A DNA stretch of 64,000 bases, from assembly GCA_048213135.1 (NCBI GenBank), contig PS015009.1, positions 1,674,001 through 1,738,000 of the forward strand. The letters run 5' to 3'. The DNA is from Reclinomonas americana ATCC 50394 (Eukaryota). The number at the start of each line of letters is the position of its first letter. The first letter of the stretch is position 1. Of this stretch, positions 41,984 through 51,496 are shown one piece after another. The translations under genes and the position numbers were made by a program. Under the pieces are notes generated by a model that worked only from the letters and a program-made list of their open reading frames with translations, was not told the origin of the DNA and ran no database searches.

Positions 41984-42808
41984 ATGAGCGTTACAATAAC
42001 AGCAGCAGACATCAATAAACTGCGCCAGGTAACCGGAGCCGGTATGCTGGACTGCCGCAAGGCACTGACCGAAAGCAATGGCGATTTTGAAGCCGCTATT
42101 GACTGGTTACGTAAACAAGGACAAAAGGTAGCCGCTAAACGCAGCGACCGTGAAGCCAAAGAAGGTGTGATCATTGCGCAAACCACCGCCGATAAAAAAT
42201 CAGGTATCATCGTTTGCATCAGCTGCGAAACCGATTTCGTAAGCAAGAATGCGGACTTCGTTGCCTTCGCACAAAGCATTGCCGACGCTGCTATCTCCAG
42301 CGGTGTTAACAGCGCTGAAGAACTGAATGAAGTGAAAATCGGCGAACAAACTGTTGCCGACCTCATCAACGATAAGCTGGCTGCTATCGGTGAAAAGATC
42401 GCCGTTTCAAAATTTGAAAGGGTAGATGCTGATTTCGTTGCCTCTTATATCCACGGCGCTTACCGTATGGGCGTACTGGTAGGTATGAACAAAGAAGCTG
42501 GTGAAGCTGGTAAAGACGTGGCCATGCAGATCGCCGCCATGAACCCGCTCGCTATCGACGAAACTTCTATCCCGGCCGAAACCATCGCCCGCGAAAAAGA
42601 CATCGCTATCGAACAGATCAAAGCCGAAGGCAAACCAGCCGAAATGGCCGAAAAGATCGCCATGGGTAAAGTAAACAAGTTCCTGAAAGAAAATACCCTC
42701 CTCGCTCAGCCTTTTGTAAAAGACAACAGCAAAAGTGTTGCCGATTACCTCAAGTCTGTTGATGCAGATCTGAAGCTGACTACATTTAAACGTGTGGCGC
42801 TGGGTTAA
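41984..42808 (+). CDS. tsf: Elongation factor Ts
   Basis: LRQVTGAGMLDCRKAL, CETDFVSKN, VAMQIAAMNP. Confidence 0.98.
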   Translation: MSVTITAADINKLRQVTGAGMLDCRKALTESNGDFEAAIDWLRKQGQKVAAKRSDREAKEGVIIAQTTADKKSGIIVCISCETDFVSKNADFVAFAQSIADAAISSGVNSAEELNEVKIGEQTVADLINDKLAAIGEKIAVSKFERVDADFVASYIHGAYRMGVLVGMNKEAGEAGKDVAMQIAAMNPLAIDETSIPAETIAREKDIAIEQIKAEGKPAEMAEKIAMGKVNKFLKENTLLAQPFVKDNSKSVADYLKSVDADLKLTTFKRVALG

Positions 42809-42832
42809 TTTTCGATCAAGTTAATTTTATAT

Positions 42833-42864
42833 AAAAGAGCAACCTTTCATCGGGTTGCTTTTTT
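42833..42864 (+). terminator. Intrinsic terminator after tsf
   Basis: AGCAACCT...GGGTTGCT followed by a T-tract. Confidence 0.8.
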
Positions 42865-42899
42865 GTTTTACTGAAAGAAATTAAAGTCTTCACTGCCGC

Positions 42900-43150
42900 C
42901 GCTGTCTGGTCTTCTGACCAACAGCGTCTTTAAAGCACACTACAAAGTTTATTAAAGCCATCCTCTGCGCTCTTTGCGTAAAACCTTTGTGTCCTTTGCG
43001 GTTAAATACTTCCGATTCGGTTATGCTTTTGATATTTGTTTACGAGCAGCGGTATTTCATGGTAGCATCGTTGTGTCACTCACTTGTACGGCATATCATT
43101 GAGGATCATTTATCGTATCTGAGAATTGTTGGTGATATCGCCAACAATGG
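42900..43150. repeat. REP-like palindromes and CTTTGCG-type repeats
   Basis: CGCTGTCTGGTC-TTCT-GACCAACAGCG; CTCTGCG/CTTTGCG/CTTTGTG/CTTTGCG units (42963-43001); ATTGTTGGTGATATCGCCAACAAT. Confidence 0.55.
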
Positions 43151-43158
43151 CGGTAAAA

Positions 43159-44172
43159 TTAGATCGAGTCCAGCTTTTGTTTAAGTTCATTGCCACTGAT
43201 CTTTGCTAGAACATAATCATAATAAAGCTTTGTAATGGTTTTAATTTTTGAATCTTTAGCTTGTTCAACATATGCCAAAGATTCTTGTAAACCCCAATTC
43301 TCAAGCCTATCTCTTTTTTCGTCGAGACTTAATGGGTCTATTTGCTTTCTAATCTCCACAATAAGTTGTGCTTGGTTTCCTGAGTTAAATTCTTTTAAAA
43401 CAGAGAGTAGTTGGATTGCCTGCTTCCCATTTTCACCATTAAAGTAAGATTTTTTTTCTTCTATAATTTTATCTGATTTATCATTTTGATTGTTTAGGAC
43501 ATATGCTTCCGATAAGTTAAGAATTGCTGAAGTATTTTCTGGCTCTAACTCTAGAACTTTTAAATAGGTTTGAATGGCTTCTGCATAACTATGTGTTATT
43601 GAGTATATTAGGCCTTTGTTTAAAAGGAGTGATATGTTATTTGGATCGATATTTAATGCATTTAAGCATTCCTCTAGAGCAGCGGCATATTTTTTTTCAA
43701 TACGTAAATTTGAAATTTTCCCTAATGACTCAAGTGTTTTTATTTTTCGATTTTGCTCTTCATTTTGTTTAATTATTTCCAGAATTTCTTTCTCATACTT
43801 GATTTGAGTATCAGAAACGAGTTTAATTTTATTTTCTAATTCCGACTTTAATTTATTAAGACGTGCTAGTTCAGTTGCGTACTCTTTTTTTATAGAATTT
43901 ATATCTTTTAGGCCTAAATATCCAAATAGACCTATTATGCCTAAGGCTATAGTAATTACAAGACTAATTCTCTCATAATTATTTGAGTATGTGTCTTTAA
44001 GTAAATCTTTTTCGATTCTATAATTTAACTCGTCTCTGCGAACTTCTTTTATTTGATTGTCTAGTTGTTCAATTTGATCTTTTAGTAGTATTATTTGAAA
44101 ACTATCCCTTTTCTGAGCGAAAGCAAAAATGGCTAACAAAACTAGAGTTATAGAAATGAATAGTGTTTTCAT
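43159..44172 (-). CDS. AT-rich membrane-anchored TPR/coiled-coil protein
   Basis: Signal peptide, coiled coil, TM (LVITIALGIIGLFGYLGL), TPR motifs ALNIDPNN and VLELEPEN. Confidence 0.8.
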   Translation of the reverse strand: MKTLFISITLVLLAIFAFAQKRDSFQIILLKDQIEQLDNQIKEVRRDELNYRIEKDLLKDTYSNNYERISLVITIALGIIGLFGYLGLKDINSIKKEYATELARLNKLKSELENKIKLVSDTQIKYEKEILEIIKQNEEQNRKIKTLESLGKISNLRIEKKYAAALEECLNALNIDPNNISLLLNKGLIYSITHSYAEAIQTYLKVLELEPENTSAILNLSEAYVLNNQNDKSDKIIEEKKSYFNGENGKQAIQLLSVLKEFNSGNQAQLIVEIRKQIDPLSLDEKRDRLENWGLQESLAYVEQAKDSKIKTITKLYYDYVLAKISGNELKQKLDSI

Positions 44173-44241
44173 TTTAGTAGTTTAAATCTGGGTAATCTAT
44201 ATTGGATATTCATTGGTGAAATATTTTTACAGCAATAAAGG

Positions 44242-44664
44242 TCATTTCCCCTTTTCCAACAACCTCTCAAACTTCCCCATCATCTCATCCTTCTCCTTCA
44301 GCATCCTTTCATACAAAGCCATCTTTTCTTCGTGCAACTTCATAATCTTTTCTGCCGGGTCGAATATGGGATTAATATTAATGGCCGATGCGCCATCTTT
44401 GAAGTCAGAGAAAGTATTAGCAATCACGTTCACCGCCGACTCCTCATCAAAATTCTCTATCGCTTCCACCGGTATCTTCAGCGCCGCAGATACCTGTTGC
44501 AACAGCTTGGCATCAATCGTTTCCTTCTGCTCCAGCAGCGATATCTTTTGCTGGTTCCAGTCGTCGCCCAGGTCTATGGCAAGGGCATCCTGCTTAATGC
44601 CCAGCATTTCACGAAATCGTTTCACGTTGCGGCCCTGGTGTACGGTTCTCTCTGTCATAATCAT
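44242..44664 (-). CDS. XRE-family HTH transcriptional regulator
   Basis: HQGRNVKRFREMLGIKQDALA...WNQQKISLLEQKE; C-terminal LYERMLKEK coiled coil. Confidence 0.9.
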   Translation of the reverse strand: MIMTERTVHQGRNVKRFREMLGIKQDALAIDLGDDWNQQKISLLEQKETIDAKLLQQVSAALKIPVEAIENFDEESAVNVIANTFSDFKDGASAININPIFDPAEKIMKLHEEKMALYERMLKEKDEMMGKFERLLEKGK

Positions 44665-44782
44665 GTGTTTGTACAAGTATACGATATTTTGCTATTGTTC
44701 GGCACCGGTATTTTACGTGGACGAAAAAGAAAATTGGTTGCTTGGAAAGGATAACTACGTTTTGAAAACCCTGCACTTATGC

Positions 44783-45043
44783 CCGGAACTTGTGCAAGGC
44801 GCTCCGGAATTCGTACAATCGCCTGTGGGGGTAGTGCAATTGCTTATGGGACTTGTGCAAACACCTATGGGGGTAGTACAAACACCTATGGAATTCATAC
44901 AATCATCTATGGGACTTATACAATCGTTAATGGGGTTAGTTCAATCGTCTATGGGAGTTGTGCAAACGCGTATGGGATTCGTACAATCGTTCATGGGAGT
45001 CGTGCAATCGTCTATGGAGGTTGTTTACAGGCCTATGGGAGTA
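44783..45043 (+). repeat. Degenerate 21-bp tandem repeat, about 12.5 units
   Basis: Consensus ATGGGASTYGTRCAATCGYCT, with CAA at the same offset in 11 consecutive units. Confidence 0.9.
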
Positions 45044-45069
45044 GATTCTTGCCAATGAAGGGTCTTCCG

Positions 45070-45267
45070 CACTGCTCTGTGCCCTCCATACCTCCGTGCA
45101 TCTCTGTGAAAAAATCTTGTTTCACTGTTTAGCAGCTCTTGCCCACCCGGTAATTTATTTTCACAGAGTTACACAGAGCATTTTCACAGAGGTTCACAGA
45201 GACCAGCCTTTGTACCATTCGTAGCGCCGTGCATCTCCGTGAAGTCCTCCGTGCAACCCTGTGAAAA
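45070..45267. repeat. CTCYGTG / CACAGAG inverted repeat cluster
   Basis: CTCTGTG, CTCCGTG, CTCTGTG; then CACAGAG four times; then CTCCGTG twice and CCCTGTG. Confidence 0.7.
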
Positions 45268-45342
45268 CCCGGCCGGTTCGTGGCGCACGAAACGCCCTTC
45301 TCCCTAAAAATCACTTACTTTGCGCCATACAATAACAAGCTC

Positions 45343-46143
45343 ATGAACGAACAACACTACTTCCAATCCAACAAAGACTCCTGGAACAAACGTACCAACG
45401 TACACAAAGACTCCGCCTTTTACGACCTGGACAGTTTTAAGAATGGAAAAACATCGCTTAATGCCATCGAATTAAAAGAACTCGGTAATGTAAAAGATAA
45501 AACCCTTCTCCACCTGCAGTGCCACTTCGGTATGGACACCCTCAGCTGGGAAAGGGAAGGTGCCACCGTAACCGGGGTAGACCTGAGCGATGAGGCCATC
45601 CGCCTGGCACAGCAGATCAATATGGACCTGGGAATGAAGGCCCGTTTCATCTGCTCCAATGTATATGACCTCCGCGATCACCTGAATGAACAGTTCGACA
45701 TCGTCTTCACCTCCTACGGCACCATCGGCTGGCTGCCCGACCTCGACCGCTGGGCCTCCGTGGTCAGTCATTTTCTTAAACCCGGCGGTGTGTTTTATAT
45801 CGCAGACTTTCATCCCACCCTGTGGATGATGGACGAGAACTTTGAACATGTAAAATATAACTACTTCAATACAGAGGTCATCGCCGAAGAGAACCAGGGT
45901 ACATACACCGACCGGGAGGCGCCCATCCGCTCACAGGAATACAGCTGGAACCATCCTTTCAGCGAAATACTCACGGCACTGATAAGCAATGGTCTGCAGG
46001 TTGTACAGTTTCACGAATTCCCGTACTCGCCTTACAATTGTTTCAACAAGGTAGAGCAGGGGCCTGATGGCATGTGGCGCATCACCGGTATGAACGAAAA
46101 ATTACCGATGATGTACTCTATTAAAGCAGTAAAAAATATATAA
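45343..46143 (+). CDS. Class I SAM-dependent methyltransferase
   Basis: LLHLQCHFGMDTLS, VTGVDLS, FDIVFTSYG, LKPGG..YIADFHP. Confidence 0.92.
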   Translation: MNEQHYFQSNKDSWNKRTNVHKDSAFYDLDSFKNGKTSLNAIELKELGNVKDKTLLHLQCHFGMDTLSWEREGATVTGVDLSDEAIRLAQQINMDLGMKARFICSNVYDLRDHLNEQFDIVFTSYGTIGWLPDLDRWASVVSHFLKPGGVFYIADFHPTLWMMDENFEHVKYNYFNTEVIAEENQGTYTDREAPIRSQEYSWNHPFSEILTALISNGLQVVQFHEFPYSPYNCFNKVEQGPDGMWRITGMNEKLPMMYSIKAVKNI

Positions 46144-46255
46144 TGAGGGATATCTTTAGCTTACCGGAACCCGGGTGGTAATAAGAGATATGAATTTTGT
46201 TAACCCTTGCAACGAACAGCTATAAACATCTATCTTCGCAAAAATTTCACCGCAC

Positions 46256-46966
46256 ATGCTACCTAAATACAAGAGAATTTTACTGAAACTTTCCGGCGAA
46301 TCGTTAATGGGTGATAAGAGCTTTGGTCTCGACAGCGAGGTCATTGCCCGTTATGCGCAGGATGTAAAAAGTGTTACCGACCTGGGCGTACAGGTAGCCA
46401 TTGTTATCGGCGGCGGTAATATTTACCGCGGGATGAATGAAGCGGAAAGTGGCATCGAAAGGGCGCAGGGCGATTATATGGGCATGCTGGCTACGGTCAT
46501 CAATGGCATGGCCGTTCAGAGCGGACTGGAAAAAGCGGGCATCTACACCCGTTTGCAAAGCGCCATTAAAATGGAACAGATCGCCGAACCCTATATCCGC
46601 CGCAGGGCTATGCGTCACCTCGAAAAAGGAAGGGTAGTGATCTTCGGCGCGGGAACAGGTAATCCTTATTTTACAACAGACACCGCCGGTTCGCTGCGTG
46701 CTATCGAGATTAAAGCCGACGTGATATTGAAAGGCACCCGCGTAGATGGCATCTACTCCGCCGATCCGGAAAAAGACCCTACCGCTACCAGGTTCGACAC
46801 CATCTCCTTTTCAGAGTGCATACAAAAGAACCTGAAGGTGATGGATATGACAGCTTTTACACTCTGCATGGAAAATAACCTGCCCATTGTTGTTTTTGAT
46901 ATGAATACGCCGGGCAACCTGCTCAAAGTGGTGACAGGCGAAAAAGTAGGCACCCTCGTTCGTTAA
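46256..46966 (+). CDS. pyrH: UMP kinase
   Basis: [42 protein letters not shown]. Confidence 0.98.
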   Translation: MLPKYKRILLKLSGESLMGDKSFGLDSEVIARYAQDVKSVTDLGVQVAIVIGGGNIYRGMNEAESGIERAQGDYMGMLATVINGMAVQSGLEKAGIYTRLQSAIKMEQIAEPYIRRRAMRHLEKGRVVIFGAGTGNPYFTTDTAGSLRAIEIKADVILKGTRVDGIYSADPEKDPTATRFDTISFSECIQKNLKVMDMTAFTLCMENNLPIVVFDMNTPGNLLKVVTGEKVGTLVR

Positions 46967-46991
46967 TTACAACCTTTTACTGCAACATATT

Positions 46992-47023
46992 AAAAAGGCC
47001 GCACGGGAAAACCGGCGGCCTTT
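46992..47023. terminator. Bidirectional terminator
   Basis: AAAGGCCGC...GCGGCCTTT between convergent genes. Confidence 0.7.
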
Positions 47024-47052
47024 ATTACTATTTAAAATCAGAACAAAGCTGT

Positions 47053-48021
47053 TTACAGGGTGGTGAGTATCTGCAATATTTCAGCAAGACTGTGTTTCAG
47101 CGGACTGAGGCTGATTGATTGAACACCTGAAGCATCGCCGGTAATGATATTGTTATAGCCGATAAAATAACTGTCGGCCTGTTTGGAAATAGCCACAACC
47201 GTTGCCAGTTTGCCATTGGGCAGCTTGCCGCTGTTGAAACTGCGTGCGTTGATGTCGGCCTGCAGCGGCATTACCGAGTGAATATCTTTAAACGCGATAT
47301 ATACCATGGTATTCGCATTGGTATAGTTGCTGGGCAGCGTGGTTTTGATCACACTTCTCTGGATGTTGGCCGTATCGTAAAAGTAAGCGCAGGAAACCCA
47401 GCCCGTTCTGTTGGTAAGCACCTCGTATCCTGAAGAACCTACGGTCAGTATATTATTGCTCACATCCGGATTAGGCAACCAGTTAAAACTGCTGTTGCTT
47501 CCTTCTCCTGCAAAAAAGTTCATGAGCGGATTGGCGGGTGTTTCAGGTATTTTCAGTACCAGTTTAACACCCGGGGCCAGGCGAAGCACATCATTGCCTT
47601 TCTTTAAACCAATATCCAATTGTCCGCCGCTTACCAGTAAACGGTTATTGGAAGCCGAAGGGCGATTGCTGCGGATCATATCACCGCCGGACCTTACAAA
47701 CGACAATTGCACATCTACCCTGCCGGAAACAGCGGCACCCGTTGCGGTAACACAACTGTTAGCCGGGAAGCTGCACCGTACGCCTTCGGGTGTAACAAGG
47801 GTGCTGGCAAAAGCACCATCAATCGTGTCCTGGTAGGGAGTAAGTTGCAGTTGGGTACGTAAAACATTTACCTGCATGGTGGCGGTAACACTGCTGTACC
47901 AGGTAGTATCCGGTCCAACAGGCTGTCCGTCATCGGGAATAAATACATCAACATCTTTCTGGCAGGAACTGAAGAACAGGCCCAGGAGTAAAGACATTGT
48001 TATCGTTAGTTTGGTTCTCAT
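47053..48021 (-). CDS. Hypothetical surface lipoprotein
   Basis: FFSSC-QKD lipobox with acidic export signal; preceded by an ECF-type promoter. Confidence 0.8.
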   Translation of the reverse strand: MRTKLTITMSLLLGLFFSSCQKDVDVFIPDDGQPVGPDTTWYSSVTATMQVNVLRTQLQLTPYQDTIDGAFASTLVTPEGVRCSFPANSCVTATGAAVSGRVDVQLSFVRSGGDMIRSNRPSASNNRLLVSGGQLDIGLKKGNDVLRLAPGVKLVLKIPETPANPLMNFFAGEGSNSSFNWLPNPDVSNNILTVGSSGYEVLTNRTGWVSCAYFYDTANIQRSVIKTTLPSNYTNANTMVYIAFKDIHSVMPLQADINARSFNSGKLPNGKLATVVAISKQADSYFIGYNNIITGDASGVQSISLSPLKHSLAEILQILTTL

Positions 48022-48053
48022 GTATCGTTGTTGGTTTTCCTTCACAGAGATAT

Positions 48054-48081
48054 AGATGCCCTGTTCTGTTTTTCTGCTGCC
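48054..48081 (-). promoter_or_regulatory. Putative ECF promoter GGCAGC-N17-CATCT
   Basis: Same -35 and spacing as the site upstream of the ECF gene at 50095-50122. Confidence 0.6.
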
Positions 48082-48083
48082 TG

Positions 48084-49526
48084 CTATGGAATATCCATTC
48101 TTATGCCCAGGCGAAGTCCGGCGGTATTATACTTCTGTTTCAATGTAATGCCTTCTTTATTCATGGGCGAAAGGTTATACCTGAAATAGGGTTCGGCCAT
48201 AATATGCCACCTGTCGTTCAGCTTATAGTATAAAGAAACACCGCCTGTAATACCCAGTCCTGCATTGGTTTTGAACTGGTAAGGCGAATTGCCTTTACCT
48301 GTAGTGATGCTTACCGGTTTCAGCGAGTCGCCCAGCACTTCACCTTTTTGCCAGCTGTATACATTTACCACGGCACCGGCATTGATATTGGCATGAAACC
48401 TTCCATTGCCCAGCTCATAACCGATCAGTAATGGTATATCGATAGTGCGGTACTTGTTCTGTGTTGTTTTTACTCTTGTGCCAACGGTAGTATAACTGCC
48501 GGTGGTATCGCCATTGGCGTTGATGATGTAAGTCACCTGTACGATATTGCCCTGCGAATAACTGAACTTCTCATTGATCTGGCTGAAGTTAACTCCGCCA
48601 CGTATGCTCATGGAGTTGTTGAACACCCTGGTAAAACGTACACCTGCGCTGTAGCCGGAAGTGAATTTTGTACTTTCTTTTCTCTTCTGCATATAGGCGG
48701 AGTTGCCGGTGTCCTTGAAACTGCGCAGGCCATAATCGGCACTGGCATACAGTTCGAAATACTTCTTATTGCCTGCTGCGTTCTTTTCAACGGAGGGGCA
48801 ACCCGGCAGGAAGTTCACCAGCGGTGTTTCGATGGGCGGGCCGGATTTCGCATTGCGTTTGGCCATTACTTTTTCCGCGGCATAACTCAGTCTGCCCAGT
48901 AACGTTCCGCCAGCGGGAATTGCGTCTTCTGTTTCATCGGTTTCCTCTTCGCCTGTAGCATTTTTAGTTATAATGCCCGGGCTTTGTATGCCGGTGCGGG
49001 TCGTGTTCCTTCTTTTCAGGAAAGTATTGGCCGCGTTGCGGGATGAAGATGGGTTCTGCCGGGCGGAAGGGTCTTCATACACCGCCGGTACAGCTGTGCT
49101 GTTGTAGGTGGTACTGGTATTGCTGATGCGGGGAGAAGAAGCCGGGTTACCGGTTGTAGCGGTGTTGCGCTCTTCCGCGGAAGGATCATTACTGGTTATG
49201 TTTGTTGCGGTTGCAGTGTTTGCCTGTTGTGTTGTATTGTCGTTACCGGAAACCGTATTGCCGGATGCGGTTGTTGTTTTGCCGGAGATTTGCTGTTGGT
49301 TTTGATTGGAATAGAAACGGTTGATGTACAGCCATGCGCCGCTGCCACCTGCAAGCAGCAGGAACAGCACCAGCAGGCGGTTGCGGTTGTGCAGCAGCAG
49401 GGACCATACCGCCCCCGGCTTACGCTCTTTTCTTTTTTCAGCGATCCTTTCCCAGATGCGGGGATCCACTTCCGGCGAATAGTCCCCGAACCGCTTTTTA
49501 ATATGTTCGTCAAAATGCTGGCTCAT
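48084..49526 (-). CDS. Putative dual-membrane-spanning anti-sigma factor: N-terminal anti-sigma segment, TM helix, disordered linker, C-terminal outer-membrane beta-barrel
   Basis: FDEHIKKRF...P...WERI N-terminus; TM LLVLFLLLAGGSGAWLYI; T/S/N-rich linker; amphipathic strands ending GLRLGIRMDIP; start overlaps the ECF stop. Confidence 0.75.
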   Translation of the reverse strand: MSQHFDEHIKKRFGDYSPEVDPRIWERIAEKRKERKPGAVWSLLLHNRNRLLVLFLLLAGGSGAWLYINRFYSNQNQQQISGKTTTASGNTVSGNDNTTQQANTATATNITSNDPSAEERNTATTGNPASSPRISNTSTTYNSTAVPAVYEDPSARQNPSSSRNAANTFLKRRNTTRTGIQSPGIITKNATGEEETDETEDAIPAGGTLLGRLSYAAEKVMAKRNAKSGPPIETPLVNFLPGCPSVEKNAAGNKKYFELYASADYGLRSFKDTGNSAYMQKRKESTKFTSGYSAGVRFTRVFNNSMSIRGGVNFSQINEKFSYSQGNIVQVTYIINANGDTTGSYTTVGTRVKTTQNKYRTIDIPLLIGYELGNGRFHANINAGAVVNVYSWQKGEVLGDSLKPVSITTGKGNSPYQFKTNAGLGITGGVSLYYKLNDRWHIMAEPYFRYNLSPMNKEGITLKQKYNTAGLRLGIRMDIP

Positions 49527-50065
49527 ACCGCAATTTTTTGTGATTGTATAATCATTTTTTGCAGCATGTTGCGGGCTTTTACCAGCTGACTTCTGCTGGT
49601 GCCGGCCTGTATATTCAACATGGCTGCTATTTCATCGTGTTGGTAACCTTCAATAACGTATAAATTGAAAATGATCCGGTAGCCGTCGGGCAACGCGTTG
49701 ATCAGTTCCAGTAATTCTTTTTCCGTAAGATGGGTGTAGGCCGATGGCTCTATACCTTTATCTTCCTTGCCCTCGCTTTCATAACCATTCACCTCTTTTT
49801 CATACCTGCGAAGGGAGTATTTCTTCAGGGCGGTATTCACCATGATCTTGCGTACCCAGCCCTCAAAAGACCCCTGGAATTTGAACTGCTGAATTTTGTC
49901 GAATACCTTGATAAAAGCGTCCTGGAGAATGTCTTCCGCATCGGCGGCATTACGGGCATAACGGTTACATACGCCCAGCATACGCCCGGCGAAGCGATCG
50001 AAGATCTCCTTTTGGCAGGAAGCATCTTCGTTCTGGCATCCACGTATTAATTCTTCTTCAGTCAA
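49523..50065 (-). CDS. ECF-type RNA polymerase sigma factor
   Basis: AEDILQDAFIKVF, SFEGWVRKIMVNTA, LPDGYRIIFNL...HDEIA..L.I..GTSRSQL. TTG start inferred. Confidence 0.95.
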   Translation of the reverse strand: MTEEELIRGCQNEDASCQKEIFDRFAGRMLGVCNRYARNAADAEDILQDAFIKVFDKIQQFKFQGSFEGWVRKIMVNTALKKYSLRRYEKEVNGYESEGKEDKGIEPSAYTHLTEKELLELINALPDGYRIIFNLYVIEGYQHDEIAAMLNIQAGTSRSQLVKARNMLQKMIIQSQKIAV

Positions 50066-50094
50066 TAGATGGGTTGCAAAGGGTCTTTCCCGTA

Positions 50095-50122
50095 AGACCC
50101 TGTTCGTTTTCATTACGCTGCC
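50095..50122 (-). promoter_or_regulatory. Putative autoregulatory ECF promoter GGCAGC-N17-GGTCT
   Basis: 30 nt upstream of the sigma start; matches 48054-48081. Confidence 0.6.
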
Positions 50123-50217
50123 CGGGGGCATTTATTGCCTATAAGGTACAAAAAAGCCCCGATTTTCTTGTTTCCGGGGTGCAAATCAGGTAATTTGGGC
50201 CTGCTGAAACCGGGTAT

Positions 50218-50733
50218 ATGTTAACACACGATCAGCTGACCCAACTGGTGTCGGCCAATGAAAGTCTGCGGGTACAGCTCGACGAGCTGAATGACATCCT
50301 CGCCATCAGGGAAGAGGAGCTGGCCCTGCTCAAAAAGAACGCGGCCGATAATGCGGAACTGCGCAGCCGCCTCGACAGCCAGCTGGATGAGCTGGAATCC
50401 ACACAATACGAACTGGGACAAAAACAGCAAAAGATACAGGGCGCCGAAGAACGGGAGCTGGAACTGCACCAGGAGCTTACCCAGGCCGCCCGCCGCCAGC
50501 AGCAATATGTTGAACTGCAGCAGCAGTACATCTACCTTCAAACCCAGTACAACGATCTGCAGGAAGAACTGACCAACATGACCGCCCAGTATATGCAATT
50601 ACGCAAAACGGCTTCGCGTGTAGGGCAACTGGAAAGCGAACTGGCCAACACAATTCGCGAAAACAACGACCTCAGAACACAAGTATCAGAGCTTGAACAG
50701 CGTATACGCAACCGCCCCACCCGTTTTGATTGA
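50218..50733 (+). CDS. Coiled-coil hypothetical protein
   Basis: Continuous heptad, E/Q/L-rich, 171 aa. Confidence 0.75.
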   Translation: MLTHDQLTQLVSANESLRVQLDELNDILAIREEELALLKKNAADNAELRSRLDSQLDELESTQYELGQKQQKIQGAEERELELHQELTQAARRQQQYVELQQQYIYLQTQYNDLQEELTNMTAQYMQLRKTASRVGQLESELANTIRENNDLRTQVSELEQRIRNRPTRFD

Positions 50734-50825
50734 ACACAAGTTATCAAGACTGGTCAAAATATCTACCTGAACTATTGCATAGCTCACTCGGATTGGCTAT
50801 TTTACCCATCTAAAACTTATTGCAT

Positions 50826-51407
50826 ATGAACATTATCGACAGAATCAAGAACATTCTCATCACCCCCAAAACAGAATGGCAGGTTATCAAGGGAGAAAGT
50901 GCAACTCCACAGTCGCTTACCACATCTTATGTTATTCCCCTGGCAGTGATTTCCTGCGTTGGAGCCATCGTACAGGGTTTGTTATTTGCCGGAGCCCTGG
51001 GGCTTAAATTCTTCATTATTGCAGCGGTGATCGGACTGATAGCGGAGGTCATTGGTTTTTACCTGGCATCCTATATTATTGATGCCCTGGCTACCAGTTT
51101 CAGTTCGGAAAAAAATATTAACAGGTCGGCCCAGCTGGTTGCTTATTCCCGTACACCCGCAGCCATTGGGGGTTTGCTGTCTTTCATCCCGGTTGTAGGA
51201 CGCATCCTTCCCCTGGTTGGAGCGCTTTATGGTATTTATATTATGTACCTGGGTATGGAGCCAATGAAAAATACGCCGGAAGATAAAAAAGTGGTTTATA
51301 TGATCGTATCCTTCCTCGTGATGTTTGTATTGTATGCTATAGTGATCGCGGTGCTGGGTATTGTTTTGTACGGTGCCCTGGGCATGTCAAGACCAGGATT
51401 TTTCTAA
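50826..51407 (+). CDS. Yip1-family membrane protein
   Basis: [16 protein letters not shown], five TM helices, [19 protein letters not shown]. Confidence 0.88.
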   Translation: MNIIDRIKNILITPKTEWQVIKGESATPQSLTTSYVIPLAVISCVGAIVQGLLFAGALGLKFFIIAAVIGLIAEVIGFYLASYIIDALATSFSSEKNINRSAQLVAYSRTPAAIGGLLSFIPVVGRILPLVGALYGIYIMYLGMEPMKNTPEDKKVVYMIVSFLVMFVLYAIVIAVLGIVLYGALGMSRPGFF

Positions 51408-51427
51408 ATAATATTGCAAGTGATCTT

Positions 51428-51458
51428 AAAAACGCTCTCTTTAAGGGAGCGTTTTTTT
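51428..51458 (+). terminator. Intrinsic terminator
   Basis: AAAAACGCTCTCT-TTA-AGGGAGCGTTTTTTT. Confidence 0.75.
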
Positions 51459-51496
51459 ATTTATTGGAATTGGCTGAATTTTGCAAAAAAAACAAC

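Noticed and set aside
44783-45043. CRISPR array
   Set aside because: The units are contiguous degenerate 21-mers with no unique spacers, and there are no cas genes in the window.
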